A stretch of 36,279 nt of DNA from Chiloscyllium plagiosum (GCF_004010195.1 NC_057720.1:22032207-22068485), one strand, 5' to 3'; shown: positions 1-11,650, counted from the first letter of the stretch. The notes: generated by a model from the letters alone, not told the origin. A program made the numbers and translations.

Positions 1-375
1 CTTATAGAGGTTTACAAAATTATGAGGGGCATGGATAGGATAAATAGGCAAAGTCTTTTCCCTTGGGCCGGGGAGTCCAGAACTAGAGACATAGGTTTCG
101 GGTGAGAGGGGAAAGATATAAAAGAGATCTAAGAGACACCTTTTTCACGCAGAGGGTGATACATGTATGGAATAAGCTGCCAGAGGAAGTGGTGGAGGCT
201 GGTACAATTGCAACATTTAAAAGGCATTTGGATGAGTATATGAATAGGAAGGGTTTGGAGGGATATGGGCCGGGTGCTGGCAGGTGGGACTAGATTGAGT
301 TGGGATATCTGGTCGGCATGGAAGGGTTGGACCGAAGGGTCTGTTTTCATGCTGTACATCTCTATGACTCTATAA
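1..375 (+). mobile_element. CR1 LINE 3' end (ORF2 C-terminus and 3' UTR)
   Basis: ORF 102-293 (FFTQRVIHVWNKLPEEVVEAGTIATFKRHLD) is the typical CR1 ORF2 C-terminus; ends in a CTCTATGA-type tail; near-identical to the copy at 34200-34690. Confidence 0.93.
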
Positions 376-584
376 CTGTTGATCTTTGCTTGCGTTCATT
401 TCTCTGCCTCCTTTTTCTTTGTTTTTCTTCTTTGATCTGTCAAAATGAGCATTTGTTTGTCAAAACATTACTTCAAGTTTCCCTAACCTCCTAGTTGTAC
501 AAACGTGATAGAGTCAGTTAAGCAGGTGAGTTGGTAATATAACTATCACTTTATAGATTAGTGTATCATTTTATTGCATCAAAT

Positions 585-1200
585 TCTAGAATGGTCCAAC
601 ACAGGAAATGGCCTTTTGGTCCATCATACCACTTTGTAAAAACAATCAAATTAATCCTATTCCACTGACCTTGTTTCCACATCCCTGCAACCTTGTCCCC
701 TTCAAATACTGATCCAATTTGCTGTTGAAAGTTACTACTAATTTTGCTTTCATCACTCTTTCAGGCAGAGCATTCAGATCAGAATAATTCGCTACACAAA
801 TAAAGACCTTTAATTTATGTCACCGATGGTTTTACGGCAGTCTGCTTTGATCTGTACCCTTTGGTTACTGACCTTCCAACATTGGCAAACAACTTCTCCT
901 TCCTTGCTCTATCAAAAACACTTTTACAATGTAAACATTTCCACTAAACCTTCTTGAAACCTCAGTTGCTTGAAAGAAATCAACTGCAGCTCTTCTGACC
1001 TTTTCAGGTCGCTCTCAGCCTTGCTTCTCTTCCAGTAAATCACCTTGCCACTGCTTCAAAGGTTTTGACAGCCTCTCAGGTGTGGCGCCCAGAATTAAAC
1101 ATAATAGGGAGTTAAGTAATGAGTGATACAAAGTTTAAAGTCCGTGCTTTCATTCTCATTATCTCCATGTGTAAAGTCAAAGATCCCCTGTGCTTTTAAA
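585..1200 (-). mobile_element. Old, decayed CR1 3' fragment
   Basis: Reverse complement resembles a CR1 3' UTR and RT C-terminus (e.g. tgtggcgcccagaattaaacataata, the rc of a YCVQFWAP-like motif); no open frame. Confidence 0.6.
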
Positions 1201-1234
1201 TAAGACCATCAATAACTCACATATACTTATCAAC

Positions 1235-1585
1235 GTTTACAAAGCAAAATGCCACAAAATGCTTCATTGGAATATTATCAAGCACAAAGGCAGATAAGAA
1301 GCTATTGAAAAAGAGAATGGAAATCTTGCACTAAAAAGCATCTTAAAGGAGAAGAAAAATATAATGAGGCGCATAACATATATATATAAGATGATGAGGA
1401 AGGTGTCACTCAACCCAAAATGTTAACTCTGATTTCTCTCCACAGATGCTGCCTGAGCTTTTCCAGCAATTTGTTTCTTTATATAATATAATGAGGCAGT
1501 TAGGCTTAGGGAGGAATAACAAAGGCTAACCTCCGAAACAGCTGAAAGCTCTGGCATCAATTGAGGGTTTTGTTTTTAGATACAT
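1235..1585 (-). mobile_element. L2-like LINE remnant (part 1), interrupted by later insertions
   Basis: Resembles the rc 3' region of elasmobranch L2 elements (recalled); appears to resume at about 2615. Confidence 0.45.
1371..1484 (+). mobile_element. Old solo PLE pseudo-LTR fragment with 13-bp TSD
   Basis: Flanked by aatataatgaggc at 1358-1370 and 1485-1497; contains a degenerate hammerhead-like stretch (atgaggaaggtgtcactcaacccaaaatgtt) followed by cagatgctgcctga...ttttccagca, as in the other PLE termini here. Confidence 0.7.
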
Positions 1586-1589
1586 AAAA

Positions 1590-2612
1590 GACTGGAACTG
1601 GTATACAGGACATTGGTGAGGCCACTTCTGAAGTACTATCTCCCTGTTCTCCCTGTGATAAGAAGGATATTATTAAGCTCGAGAGGGTTCAGAAGAGATT
1701 TACCAGGATGTTGCCAGGAATGGAGGGTTTCAGTTATAAGGAGAGGCTGGAAAGATTGTGACTTTTTTCATGGAGCGTAAGAGGTTGAGAGATGACCTCA
1801 CAGAGTTTCATAAAATAATGAGGGGTATAGATAAGGTGAGGGGTACAGATAATGGCAGGTGTCTTTTCCCTACGATGGGAGATTTTAAGACTGGAGGGCT
1901 TATTTTTAAAGTGAGAGGAGAAAGATTTAGAAATTTACTAGGATGTTGCCTGGTATGGAGGGAAGGTCTTACGAGGAAAGGCTGAGGGACTTGAGGCTGT
2001 TTTCGTTGGAGAGAAGAAGACTGAGAGGTGACTTAATAGAGACATATAAGATAATCAGAGGGTTAGATAGGGTGGACAGGGAGAGCCTTTTTCCAAGAAT
2101 GGTGACGGCGAGCATGAGGGGGCATAGCTTTAAATTGAGGGGTGATGAGGGGTGATAGATATAGGACAGATGTCAGAGGTAGTTTCTTTACTCAGAGAGT
2201 AGGAAGGGTATGGAATGCTTTGCCTGCAACGGTAGTAGATTCACCAACTTTAAGTACATTTAAGTCGTCATTGGACAAGCATATGGACGTACATGGAATA
2301 GTGTAGGTTAGATGGGCTTCGGATTGGTATGATAGGTCGGCGTAAGGGCCTGTACTGCGTTGTAATGTTCTATGTTCTATATTCTATGTAAAGGACATGT
2401 GAGGCAACTTTTTATGCAGAGAGTGGTTCATGTGTGGAATGAACTTCCAGAGGAAGTGGTGGATTCGAGTACAGTTACAACATTTAAAAGACATTTGAAT
2501 AATTACATGAGTAGGAAGTGTTTGGAGAGATATGTGCCAAGCACACACAGCTGGGACTAGTATGGACTGGTTGGACTGAAGGGTCTGTTTCCATGCTGTA
2601 TGCCTCTATGCT
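1590..2612 (+). mobile_element. CR1 3' fragment split by a nested CR1 (host parts 1590-1931 and 2390-2612)
   Basis: RT C-terminal motifs LVRPLL..., LERVQKRFTRMLPG, then FMQRVVHVWNELPEEVV after the insert; ctctatg tail. Confidence 0.88.
1932..2389 (+). mobile_element. Nested CR1 3' fragment of a different subfamily, (TTCTATG)n tail
   Basis: MLPGMEGRSYEERLRDLRLFSLERRRLRGDLIETYKI; tail tgttctatgttctatattctatg; host reading resumes on the far side. Confidence 0.9.
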
Positions 2613-2614
2613 TC

Positions 2615-2960
2615 CATGGTGGAGCATAGAAATTTTGAATGTTGCTAGGGCTGGAGATGATCACAAACATAGGGAGGGGGTGGAGGGAATTGCAAATAAG
2701 GATGAAGATTTTAAATTGAGATTTGAATTGTCAACAGCCAATCTAGGTTAGCCTGCAAAAGGTGATGGTTGAAGACAAACTGATGCTAGTTAAACTATGA
2801 GCAGCAGAGTTCAAGTTTTTGGAGGATAGCAGTGGGAGGCCAGACAAGAGAAAATTGGCATAGACAAGGTTTAGGGAAATAAGAGAAAGGACAAGGCTTT
2901 CAACAACATATGTGCTGAAACAGTATGGAGGTGGCTTTGTTAAGGAAATGTAAGGTATGG
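2615..2960 (-). mobile_element. L2-like LINE remnant (part 2)
   Basis: Purine-rich decayed sequence resembling the rc of an L2 RT C-terminus (recalled); collinear with 1235-1585. Confidence 0.45.
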
Positions 2961-3409
2961 TGTTGGTGATAACTTAGCAGTTTCGAAAGTTGTGTATACT
3001 TACCTCCATATACATGGCATTCCTTTTAAAATCATACAACTTAATCCATATTGCCTCATCTCATGCTTTTTACTGAAAAGAATCATTTTACTTGTCACTG
3101 TGTTACATTAAATTTCCGATGGGTCCATTATTATGACTGAGGCTGGAAGAGTGTACTATAACTTTAGCCCTGCTATGCTACAGGTCATACCATGCAATAA
3201 AAGTACTTTTCCTAAGTACCAAGATTGTCAATAAGAGCTTTTATATGGTTTTAATCAACAAGATCGATCAAATAGGTTTATTAATAAACATAAATTTTAA
3301 TCTATTATCAAAATTAATGAAGATTAATTAATTGTTCAAAATACACAGTTAGTAATATAGAAGGGTAAATGTGTAATCTTTCTAATATCCTCAAAATATA
3401 GACGCAACT

Positions 3410-3449
3410 GTGCACACACGTATATACACACACACGCACACACACACGT
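3410..3449. repeat. Imperfect (CA)n microsatellite
   Basis: gcacacacgtatatacacacacacgcacacacacacg. Confidence 0.8.
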
Positions 3450-3511
3450 CTGAAGGAGAGGAAAAAAATCTCTGTAGAGATTGGGATTCTGAAAAAGAAC
3501 TCTTTGGTTAA

Positions 3512-4808
3512 TTGTAGATTGTGAAGGAGCAAAAATGGCCTTTGCAGTGATATGTACTTCTTGTCAGATGTGGGAGTTTAAAGAGAGTTTAAGGGTTACT
3601 GCGGATTATATCTGCCATAAATGCTGTTGGTGCGAATCTTATCAGATCAAGTGGATCGGTTGGAGACACAAATAGAAGCGATGAGGAATTTGCAACAGCA
3701 ACAGTATGTGATGGATGGCAGTTATACAAAGGGGGGGAAGTCTCAGGTACAGTCACATAGATGGGTTAACTTCAGGAAGGGTAAGAGGGGTAGGCAGCTA
3801 GAGCAGGAGTCTTTTGTGGATATACCCATTTCAAACAGGTATGCTGTTTTGGAAAATGTAGGGAGTGATGGATTCTCAGGGGAATGTAGCACAGACAGCC
3901 AAGTTTCTGGTATTAAGACTGGCTCTAATGCAACGAGGGGTACGTCGGCTTCCAAGAGATCAATTGTGTTAGGGGATTCTGTAGTCCGAGATACAGGCAG
4001 ACGTTTCTGTGGCCAGCAGTGAAAAAGCAGGATGGTGTGTTGTTTCCCTGGTGCCAGGATCAAGGATGTCTCAGAGAGGGTGCAGAATGTTCTCACGGGG
4101 GAGAGGGGGCAGCAGGAGGTCATTGTCCACATTGGAACCAACGACATTGGAAGGGAAGAGGTTGAGACTCTGAAGGGAGATTATAGAGAGTTAGGTAGAA
4201 ATTTAAAAACGAGGTCCTCAAGGGTAGTAAGCTAGTGAGGGCAGGAATAGGAGGTTAGAGCAGATGAATGCATGGCTGAGGAGCTGGTGTTTGGGAGAAG
4301 GATTCATATTTTTGGATCATTAGAATCTCTTTTGGGATAGAAGTGACCTGTACAAGAAGGACGGATTGCACCTAAATTGGAAGGGGACTAACTTACTGGC
4401 AGGGAAATTTGCTAGAACTGCTTGGGAGAATTTAAACTTGTAGGTTGGGGGTGTGGGACCCAGGGAAATAGTGAGGAAGGAGATCGATCTGAGACGGGTA
4501 CAGCTGAGAACAGCAGTGAGTCAAACAGTCAGGGCAGGCAGGGACAAGGTAGGACTAATAAATTAAACTGCATTTATTTCAATGCAAGGGGCCTAACAGG
4601 GAAGGCAGATGAACTCAGGGCATGGTTAGGAACATGGGACTGGGATATCATAGCAATTACGGAAACATGGCTCAGGGATGGGCAGGACAGGCAGCTGAAT
4701 GTTCCAGGATACAAATGCTACAGGAAGGATAGAAAGGGAGGCAAGAGAGGAGGGGGAATGGCATTTTTGATAAGGGATAGCATTACAGCTGTGCTAAGGG
4801 AGGATACT
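3512..4808 (+). mobile_element. CR1 5' portion: disrupted ORF1 (Cys-rich N-terminus, coiled coil, SGNH/GDSL esterase) and start of the ORF2 AP endonuclease; 3'-truncated
   Basis: ATG at 3535 MAFAVICTSCQMWE...ICHKC; esterase blocks IVLGDSVVR, VIVHIGTND, DGLHLN; endonuclease LNCIYFNARGL...DIIAITETWL...RGGGMAFLI; stops and frameshifts present; similarity ends abruptly near 4808. Confidence 0.92.
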
Positions 4809-5892
4809 GTTTTTGTTCTTTATTAGCCTGCTTTTTTTCTGCTTCATTTTAAACTCCAACTATTCAAACACCCAGAGAGTTATGGCTTTGGATGCTCCAC
4901 TTACATCTTCATAGGAATGATTCAAATCTGTATCCAGGATATCATCATTGGTTTTGCTTTTGGCTATTAACCTTTGATCTGGGCCAACTTGCCAATTTGA
5001 GCAGTCGCAGTGCAATATCTCCTTGTCTTTTTCACGTGAATCTAAAACCAATTAAATTGGGGTAATTGTACCTCCTGTGAAACATGTTCAACTTTATTCT
5101 AACTCAGCTTTCTTTCTTTTTGGGCTAGAAACATCATGATCAGGGAATTTCCATTCACAAATTCTTTCTCCTCTTGTCCATGACAGTGCAACTTTCGCAG
5201 TCTACATCAGGATAATTGAGATATCTATTATCACTACTCTGCATGTATCAGTAATGTATTTACATTTATATTGATTTTTCTTTGGGAGTTTATGCACTGC
5301 ATAATTTTGAACACTGCTTGACTATACATCAAAACACACATGTAGTTTTTCTATTACATTATAAAATGAACAGCAGTCGCTCATCAGTCTTCATCATTCT
5401 TAGGTAGACCTCTTGCCTCTATGCTCTGTTGAATCTTTCCGTGATAGAGTAGGAATATGCTGTCTATATTTCACAAGACAACAAGACAGTCAGAGCTGAA
5501 TTTGGAATGTGTTTGGGGTCTCTCGTTTGTTTGGGGACTTGTACGTGCGCTCATGAATGTACCACTCATGCACATCCTGGCCCTCAAACCAATCACCCTT
5601 GTCAGCTTTTGATAAGAGCACATGCACATCTGTAATTCATATCTGGCCATCTGCTCCTCCATGCTTTTTTTTATCTGATTCCATCTTACCTGAGCGTGTG
5701 TGATGCTGCCACCAAATACAAATGGAAGGTATAGTCCACTCAGCAACAATGCCAAGATGCATTTGACAGAGTCAGATGCATAGCAAATATATAATAAAAT
5801 TAGGTGCCTGCATTGTCTGTGGAAAAAGTGTGACAGCACCTCTCCAACTTTACAGCTTTCAGTTGGGACTGCCATGGCCTACTTACTGGTTG

Positions 5893-6100
5893 GGAATCAG
5901 TTTAGCTCAGTTGGCTGGATTGTTGGCTTACAGTGTGATGCCAACAGTCTGGGTCCAATTCCCATCACCAGTTTGCGGTTACCATGAAGGACATTCCTTA
6001 TCAACCTCTTCCTCACCTGAGGTTTAGTGGCCCTCAGGTTCAATTGCTTCTCTCTCTCATGAGAGAGTAGCCCCAGTGGTCTAGTAAGAATATGGTGATA
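5893..6100 (+). mobile_element. tRNA-derived SINE (family distinct from the HE1-like copies)
   Basis: Pol III A box tagctcagttgg 5903-5914 and B-box-like ggtccaattccc 5952-5963; body has hairpins cctgagg..cctcagg and ctctctcatgagagag; no intact cloverleaf. Confidence 0.7.
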
Positions 6101-7258
6101 CAACATACTGGTCGGAGCATGAAAAATATTTTACCGCGAAGAGTTGATAGATTTATCCAGATAAAAGAATGGGAAAATCTACATTTTAAAAAAAAGTCCA
6201 TTCCTCTTTAAAATAGGCACATTTAATACACCTTATTAAAGATTTTACATTCACTGAAAGGTGCAATCTCAAAAAGCCAAACATATTTTGTATTAGATTT
6301 TTCAAATCAGTAGAGAACATGGCCACTCCATTTTTTGGTTTGGATTATAGGCTCACTGAAGTGTTGAAAACTAAAATGTCACTGGTTTCTGAGGACTGCT
6401 ACTTTTATAAGATATTTAATTTTGCCCAAATGCTGACAAGGGTGGTTGATGTGAAAAATGCAATGATCCAGATCAACACTAAAAGATGTCTTTCTGTGGA
6501 GAGAGGAGAAGCTTTATTCTATTGTGAGTCATGCCCATCCAGGAACACCCAGTTTCAGCAGTGACATTACCTGTCTGAAAATGCACCATTTACTAGCATT
6601 AACTGGCCGAAAGGGCTTGACAGAGTAGACACTGGGAGTTTGTTTCCCCAGAATACATAGACTCAGGATCAAGCATCATCGAAACATGGAAAACAGGAGC
6701 AGGAGTAGGTCATTTAGCCCTTCGAGCCTGTTCCATCATTCAATATGACCATGCCTGATTATCCAACTCATTGCCTTGTTCCCGCTTTCCCCTCATACCT
6801 TTTAATCCTTTTAGCCCTGAGAGCTACATCTCACTCCTTCTTGAAACCATTCAATGTTTTGGCCTCAACTGCTTTCTTAGAATTGAATTCCACAGGCTCA
6901 CCACTCTCTGGGTAAAGAAGTTTCTCCTCATGATCCTAAATGGGCCATGCCATACCCTGAGAATATGACAGAACGCCCCAGGTGCTCACCTTCCAGCCTA
7001 CCAACCTTCGCATAAACCAAATCATCCGCCAACATTTCCGCCACCTCCAAACAGACCCCACTACCAGGGATATATTTCCCTCCACACCCCTTTCTGCCTT
7101 CCGCAAAGACCGTTCCCTCTGTGACTACCAGGTCAGGTCCACGCCCCCCTACAACCCACCCTCCCATCCTGGCACTTTCCCCTGCCACCGCAGGAAGTGC
7201 AAAACCTGCGCCCACACCTCCTCCCTCACCTCTATCCAAGGCCCTAAAGGAGCCTTCC

Positions 7259-7576
7259 NNNNNNNNNNNNNNNNNNNNNNNNNNNNNNNNNNNNNNNNNN
7301 NNNNNNNNNNNNNNNNNNNNNNNNNNNNNNNNNNNNNNNNNNNNNNNNNNNNNNNNNNNNNNNNNNNNNNNNNNNNNNNNNNNNNNNNNNNNNNNNNNNN
7401 NNNNNNNNNNNNNNNNNNNNNNNNNNNNNNNNNNNNNNNNNNNNNNNNNNNNNNNNNNNNNNNNNNNNNNNNNNNNNNNNNNNNNNNNNNNNNNNNNNNN
7501 NNNNNNNNNNNNNNNNNNNNNNNNNNNNNNNNNNNNNNNNNNNNNNNNNNNNNNNNNNNNNNNNNNNNNNNNNNNN
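7259..7576. other. Assembly gap (318 N)
   Basis: Run of N inside the PLE. Confidence 1.
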
Positions 7577-7633
7577 CTCCCCACCCCCACCCTCCTCTAG
7601 CTTATCTCTCCACGCTTCAGGCTCACTGCCTTT

Positions 7634-7669
7634 ATTCCTGATGAAGGGCTTTTGCCCGAAACATCGATT
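7634..7669 (+). ncRNA. Minimal type I hammerhead-like motif (stem III variant GAAAC-AUC)
   Basis: CTGATGA 7638-7644, extra A, stem II GGGC-TTTT-GCCC, GAAAC 7658-7662, ATC; a G>A change (CpG-decay-like) breaks the ACGT palindrome. Confidence 0.55.
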
Positions 7670-7935
7670 TCGCAGCTCCTTGGATGCTGCCTGAACTGCT
7701 GTGCTCTTCCAGCACCACTAATCCAGAACCTGAGAATATGACACCTGGCTCTGGACTCCTGGTCCTCGAGAACATCCTTCCTGGGCTTACCCTTTGCATA
7801 CGTCTGTTCTGCCTTCCCAGAAATCAGTCTGGCAAATCTTACTTCATTCTCCATAAACAGGACATCCTTCTCCATATAAAGATCAATCATTTGGTATTCA
7901 GAGGGATATGACTTCTTTAACCCAGAGGGTACTTG

Positions 7936-8684
7936 AGAACGTAAATAGTCAGAACAGAAATAGGCAATTCAGCCCTCGAGCTTGCTCCACTATTTAACAC
8001 CATCATGGCTGATCTGATCTTGGCCTCAACTCCGCATTCCCGCCCACTGTCCATAACTCTTCAGCCAATTACTAACTCAACATCTGTCTATCTCTTCCTT
8101 AAATGTACTCAACATCCTAGCATCCACCATACTTTGAGGTAGTGAATTCAACAGATTCACAGCCCTTTGAGAGAAGTAATTCCTCCTCATCTATTTTAAT
8201 TCTGTTACCTCTTATCCTAAAACTATGATATCTCATATGAGAGACATCTCTCCACTTATTTTGTCAATCCCTTTAGGAATCGCATATGCCTCAATTAGAT
8301 GTCCTCTTATTCTTCTAAATTCCAGAGACTCTAGGCCTAAACTGCACAATCTCTCTTCATGCGACAAACCCCTTATCTTTGGAATCAATCCTCTTCTGAA
8401 CCAACTCCAATGCAAACACATCCTGCCTCAAATAAGTAGACCAAAATTGTATGCAATTGTTGAGATCCGGTCTCACTAATGCCTTGTACAGTTGCAGCAG
8501 CACTTCCCTGCCTTTATACTGTAGTCTTTCAGGAATAAATTCCACAATTACACTTGTCTTCTTATTACCTGCTGTACTTGCATACTAGTTTTCTGTAATT
8601 CATGCACAAGGCCACCCAGATCCCTCTGCATTGAAATGTTTTGAAATTTTCTCCATTTAGGTAGTAGGTTGCCTTTCTAATTCC
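7936..8684 (-). mobile_element. CR1 3' fragment
   Basis: Minus-strand YKGREVLLQLYKALVRPDLNNCIQFWSTYL and LSHEERLCSLGLESLEFRRIRGHLIEAY. Confidence 0.9.
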
Positions 8685-8719
8685 AGTTGATGCACCAATA
8701 GTTAAATACATCCAAAACT

Positions 8720-8860
8720 GGGATTTGTAAGATTTCTGTCTGTCAGGGAATCAAGGAATACAGTTAACAGGCAGGAGAGCCGAAGTGGAAGATTAGCTAT
8801 GATTGCATTGTATAGCAGCACAGCCTTAAGGCGTAAAATGGACTATTCCTGCTATTTCTT
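8720..8860 (+). mobile_element. Short old CR1 3' UTR
   Basis: ggaatcaagga...gattagctatgat...aatggactattcctgctatttctta resembles a CR1 3' end. Confidence 0.6.
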
Positions 8861-9352
8861 AAATTCATCTTGATATCATTTGGGTTTTATCATACATACT
8901 TTCTTTTATTATTTGAAATGGGCCTGCAGCATAAATATAGATTGCAGTTATCGGTTTCACAGCTACAGTTTAGAGATGTCTAAGAAGATTATATTGACCA
9001 CAGGTCTTCACACATCAGCTAGACTGGACAAACAGACTGTCATAACACAGACATGTGCATTGAGATCTCCATGAGATTTAAGTGCTCGATAGATTTACTT
9101 TGAGAGGGATAAGTATGATCTAGTCGGCCACTTTCTACATCAAATAAAATTTCCTTCTATTTTCCTCCATTCTACATTGTTTTACCTTTCCATTAAAATT
9201 GGACACAAAGGAATTATCAATCTTTTCAAATTTCTGTCAAAACACATTGTGTGCAATTTGCTTCATAAAGTGATCTTTTAGAAAGGGTGCAGTGAAGGGC
9301 TAGATCTCAGACAGCCAGGCAGCGAAGGACTGAACAGAGGAACTAATTTTGT

Positions 9353-9640
9353 TTTCATTCATTCATGATATGTGTTTGTGCTGTCACTCCTAATTAAGAG
9401 TCTGGAGTCACACATAGGCCTGACCCAGTAAAGTCAACAGATTCCCTTCTCTAAAGTACATCAGTGAAACAGGTGGGATTTTTTAACAATTGACAGTGGC
9501 CTCATGGTTGCCATTAAGCTAGTTTTTTTTATTCTGGATTTATACTGAATTCAAATATCATCATTTGCCATGGTGGGATTCAAGCCAAGTCCACAGACCA
9601 GCAGTCTAGGGACATTACCATTACACAAACACTTCTCCCT
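9353..9640 (-). mobile_element. tRNA-derived SINE with a MetaSINE-like core, decayed
   Basis: rc begins gtgtaatggtaatgtcc (A box) with ttgaatcccaccatggca (B-box region), core ctgtttcactgatgtactttagagaagggaatctg..gtgactccagac, and a (TGAA)n tail; superfamily assignment is from memory. Confidence 0.65.
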
Positions 9641-9979
9641 ATATGCGTTAGGTGTTTGCAAGCTTTTATTTAAAAAAATACATGTTACATATTGGACATC
9701 TTTAACACCTTTATAGCAATACGTCCCTATATTTACACTTAAGCACAGGTGAATTCCTGATTAATGCCCATCACATTCATGCCATTAAATAGTCAAATCA
9801 TATACAACTACCATGACACACAGTAAGAGTAACATTGAGTGTGGAGGAGGTGATCTAAGGGAATTGGAAATTATTCTAGAATTGCGAACTCTGCAGTCTA
9901 GAGATTGAATTATGGGAGAGTTTCATAGCTCAGATAGACTTTGAAATGATGTAGTTATGACAATATCAGAATATTATTT

Positions 9980-10140
9980 AGACAGTGGAACTGTATAACC
10001 ACAGGGCATTGGTTTAAACCAGTACAAAGCAAATTCGAAAGAGATATCTAGAAGAAAGTTACTTGAAGCTTTTTCAAAGCAATTATTTGTCAGTGGAGGT
10101 AAACGGAAACTGCTGAGTATTAGAATGTGGTATGTAGGTG
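9980..10140 (+). mobile_element. Very old CR1 3' remnant
   Basis: accacagggcattggtttaaa resembles TRGHxFK; heavily decayed. Confidence 0.4.
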
Positions 10141-10261
10141 ATAAGAGGAGTGGGATTTGACGGGCCATTCTTTTTGCATTTCATTCCAATCCAAGTTAAT
10201 TCAGTTATTGTTCTGGTTTTACTACCCACTAATAAGTTTCCTGATCTTATAAAGTTGATGT

Positions 10262-10530
10262 ATAGAGTCAAACAGCATGGAAACAGACCCTGCAGTTCAA
10301 TCCTCCATGCCGACCCGACATCCCAATCTGACCATTTGCCAGCATTTGGTCCATAACCCTCTAAACCCTTCCTATTCCTATGTTCATCCAAATGCCTTTA
10401 AATGTTGTGATTGTATCCACCTCCACCACTCCCTCTGGCAGCTCATTCCATACTCGCACCACTCTCTGTCTGAAATAGTTACCGCTCAGGCCCTTTTTAA
10501 ATCTGCCCCTTCTTACCTTAAACCTATGCC
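10262..10530 (-). mobile_element. CR1 3' end
   Basis: HRFKVRRGRFKKGLSGNYFRQRVVRVWNELPEGVVEVDTITTFK on the minus strand, plus the 3' UTR. Confidence 0.9.
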
Positions 10531-10800
10531 ATTCAACATATTGCAGCTTATGTCTCTCAATATCTTCTGGTTCCACCACACATTCTCCATTCTCAAGTAT
10601 CTAAAAGAAAGGACTTACATTTGTACTGTATTATTTATAACCTTAGGATATCAAAACACTACAGACAGAGAAACAAATGGTTAAGGAAACCAAAATGTAG
10701 AAATAGTTTCATTCGAAATGAGAAATGATAATGGCAAGAAGTTACCCATGGAAGCTAACCAAATGGTAGGATGGGAGCTTATAGGAAGAAATAATTTGAG

Positions 10801-11370
10801 TTTTTAAGGTGCAACTTTATCACACAGAAGGTGATGCGTGCATGGAATGAGCTGCACGGCACGGTGGCACAGTGGTTAGCACTGCCGCCTCACAGCTCCA
10901 GAGACCCGGGTTCAATTCCCGCCTCAGGCGACTGACTGTGTGGAGTTTGCACGTTCTCCCCGTGTCTGCGTGGGTTTCCTCCGGGTGTTCCGGTTTCCTC
11001 CCACAATCCAAAGATGTGCAGGTCAGGTGAATTGGCCATGCTAAATTGCCCGTAGTGTTAGGTAAGGGGTAAATGTAGGGGTATGGGTGGGTTACGCTTC
11101 GGCAGGTCAGTGTGGACTTGTTGGGCCGAAGGGCCTGTTTCCACACTGTAATCTAATCTAAAAAGAAAGCTGCCAGAGGAAGTGGTAGAGGCTGGTACAA
11201 TTACAACATGTAAAAGGCATTTGGACGGGTACGCGAATAGGAAGGGATAAGAGGGTTAAGGGCCAAATGCTGGCAAATGGGACTAGATTAATTTAAGATA
11301 TCTGGTTGGCATGGATGAGTTGGACAAAAGGATCTGTTTCCGTACTGTACACCTCTATGACTCTGTGACT
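10801..11370 (+). mobile_element. CR1 3' end interrupted by a V-SINE
   Basis: ...tggaatgagctgc[SINE]agctgccagaggaagtgg...; ends ctctatgactctgtgact. Confidence 0.88.
10856..11167 (+). mobile_element. V-SINE (HE1-like), full length, 6-bp TSD
   Basis: tRNA-like head (tggcacagtgg A box, ggttcaattccc B box), V-domain tgtgtggagtttgcacgttctccccgtgtctgcgtgggtttcc, CR1-like 3' end, (TAATC)n tail; TSD agctgc at 10850-10855 and 11168-11173. Confidence 0.93.
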
Positions 11371-11650
11371 GGGAAAGTCAGATGACCAAAGATAAGCTAG
11401 ATGCAAGATTCATAGAATGTTTTTGGGAACGCTTCTTCAAACATCATGTTCTGGAGCTAAGCAAAGAGCGGGATGGACCTGGTATTTACAATGAGATGGA
11501 AATAATTGATGGATTCATACCGAATGTGCCCCTCAGTAGAAGCAGCCATAATATGGTTGAATTATTAATTCAGTTTGAGGAAAAGCTGCATGGGTTTGAG
11601 ATTCTTGTTAACATTTAAATAAGAGGAATTTGGAGGCCATGAAAATCAAA
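11371..11650 (+). mobile_element. Old CR1 endonuclease-region fragment
   Basis: FIECFWERFFKHHVLELSKE..DLVF.NE..PLSRSSHNMVELLIQFE resembles FIECIRDSFL..EPTRE..LGxSDHNMIEF. Confidence 0.7.

Larger units (their letters stand above)
6971..7728 (+). mobile_element. Penelope-like element, Neptune-type, 5'-truncated, 15-bp TSD
   Basis: VLTFQPTNLRINQIIRQHFRHLQ..DIFPSTPLSAFRKDRSL..PCHRRKCKTCAH (Cys-rich RT-GIY-YIG linker); pseudo-LTR with hammerhead-like motif; TSD cctgagaatatgaca at 6956-6970 and 7729-7743. Confidence 0.88.
6677..7795 (-). mobile_element. CR1 3' fragment, host of the PLE at 6971-7728
   Basis: rc of a CR1 3' UTR (ggagcaggagtaggtcatttagcccttcgagcctg) and of an FFTQRVVSLWNS-like segment; continues past the PLE TSD. 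Confidence 0.8.

Noticed and set aside
5093..5200. Minus-strand terminal exon ending SPKRKKAELE* (NLS-like)
   Set aside because: Weak acceptor, no homolog recognised, and incompatible with the adjacent exon candidate; chance is likely.
5471..5875. 134-aa minus-strand ORF with an internal CAG|GTAAGA donor
   Set aside because: No recognisable domain or convincing acceptor; cannot be supported.
6928..7641. Long ORFs of 159-220 aa
   Set aside because: Their length is an artefact of reading through the 318-N gap.
10856..10930. tRNA gene (likewise at 5893, 20450 and 26424)
   Set aside because: The A/B boxes are SINE heads fused to SINE bodies, with no complete cloverleaf or Pol III terminator.
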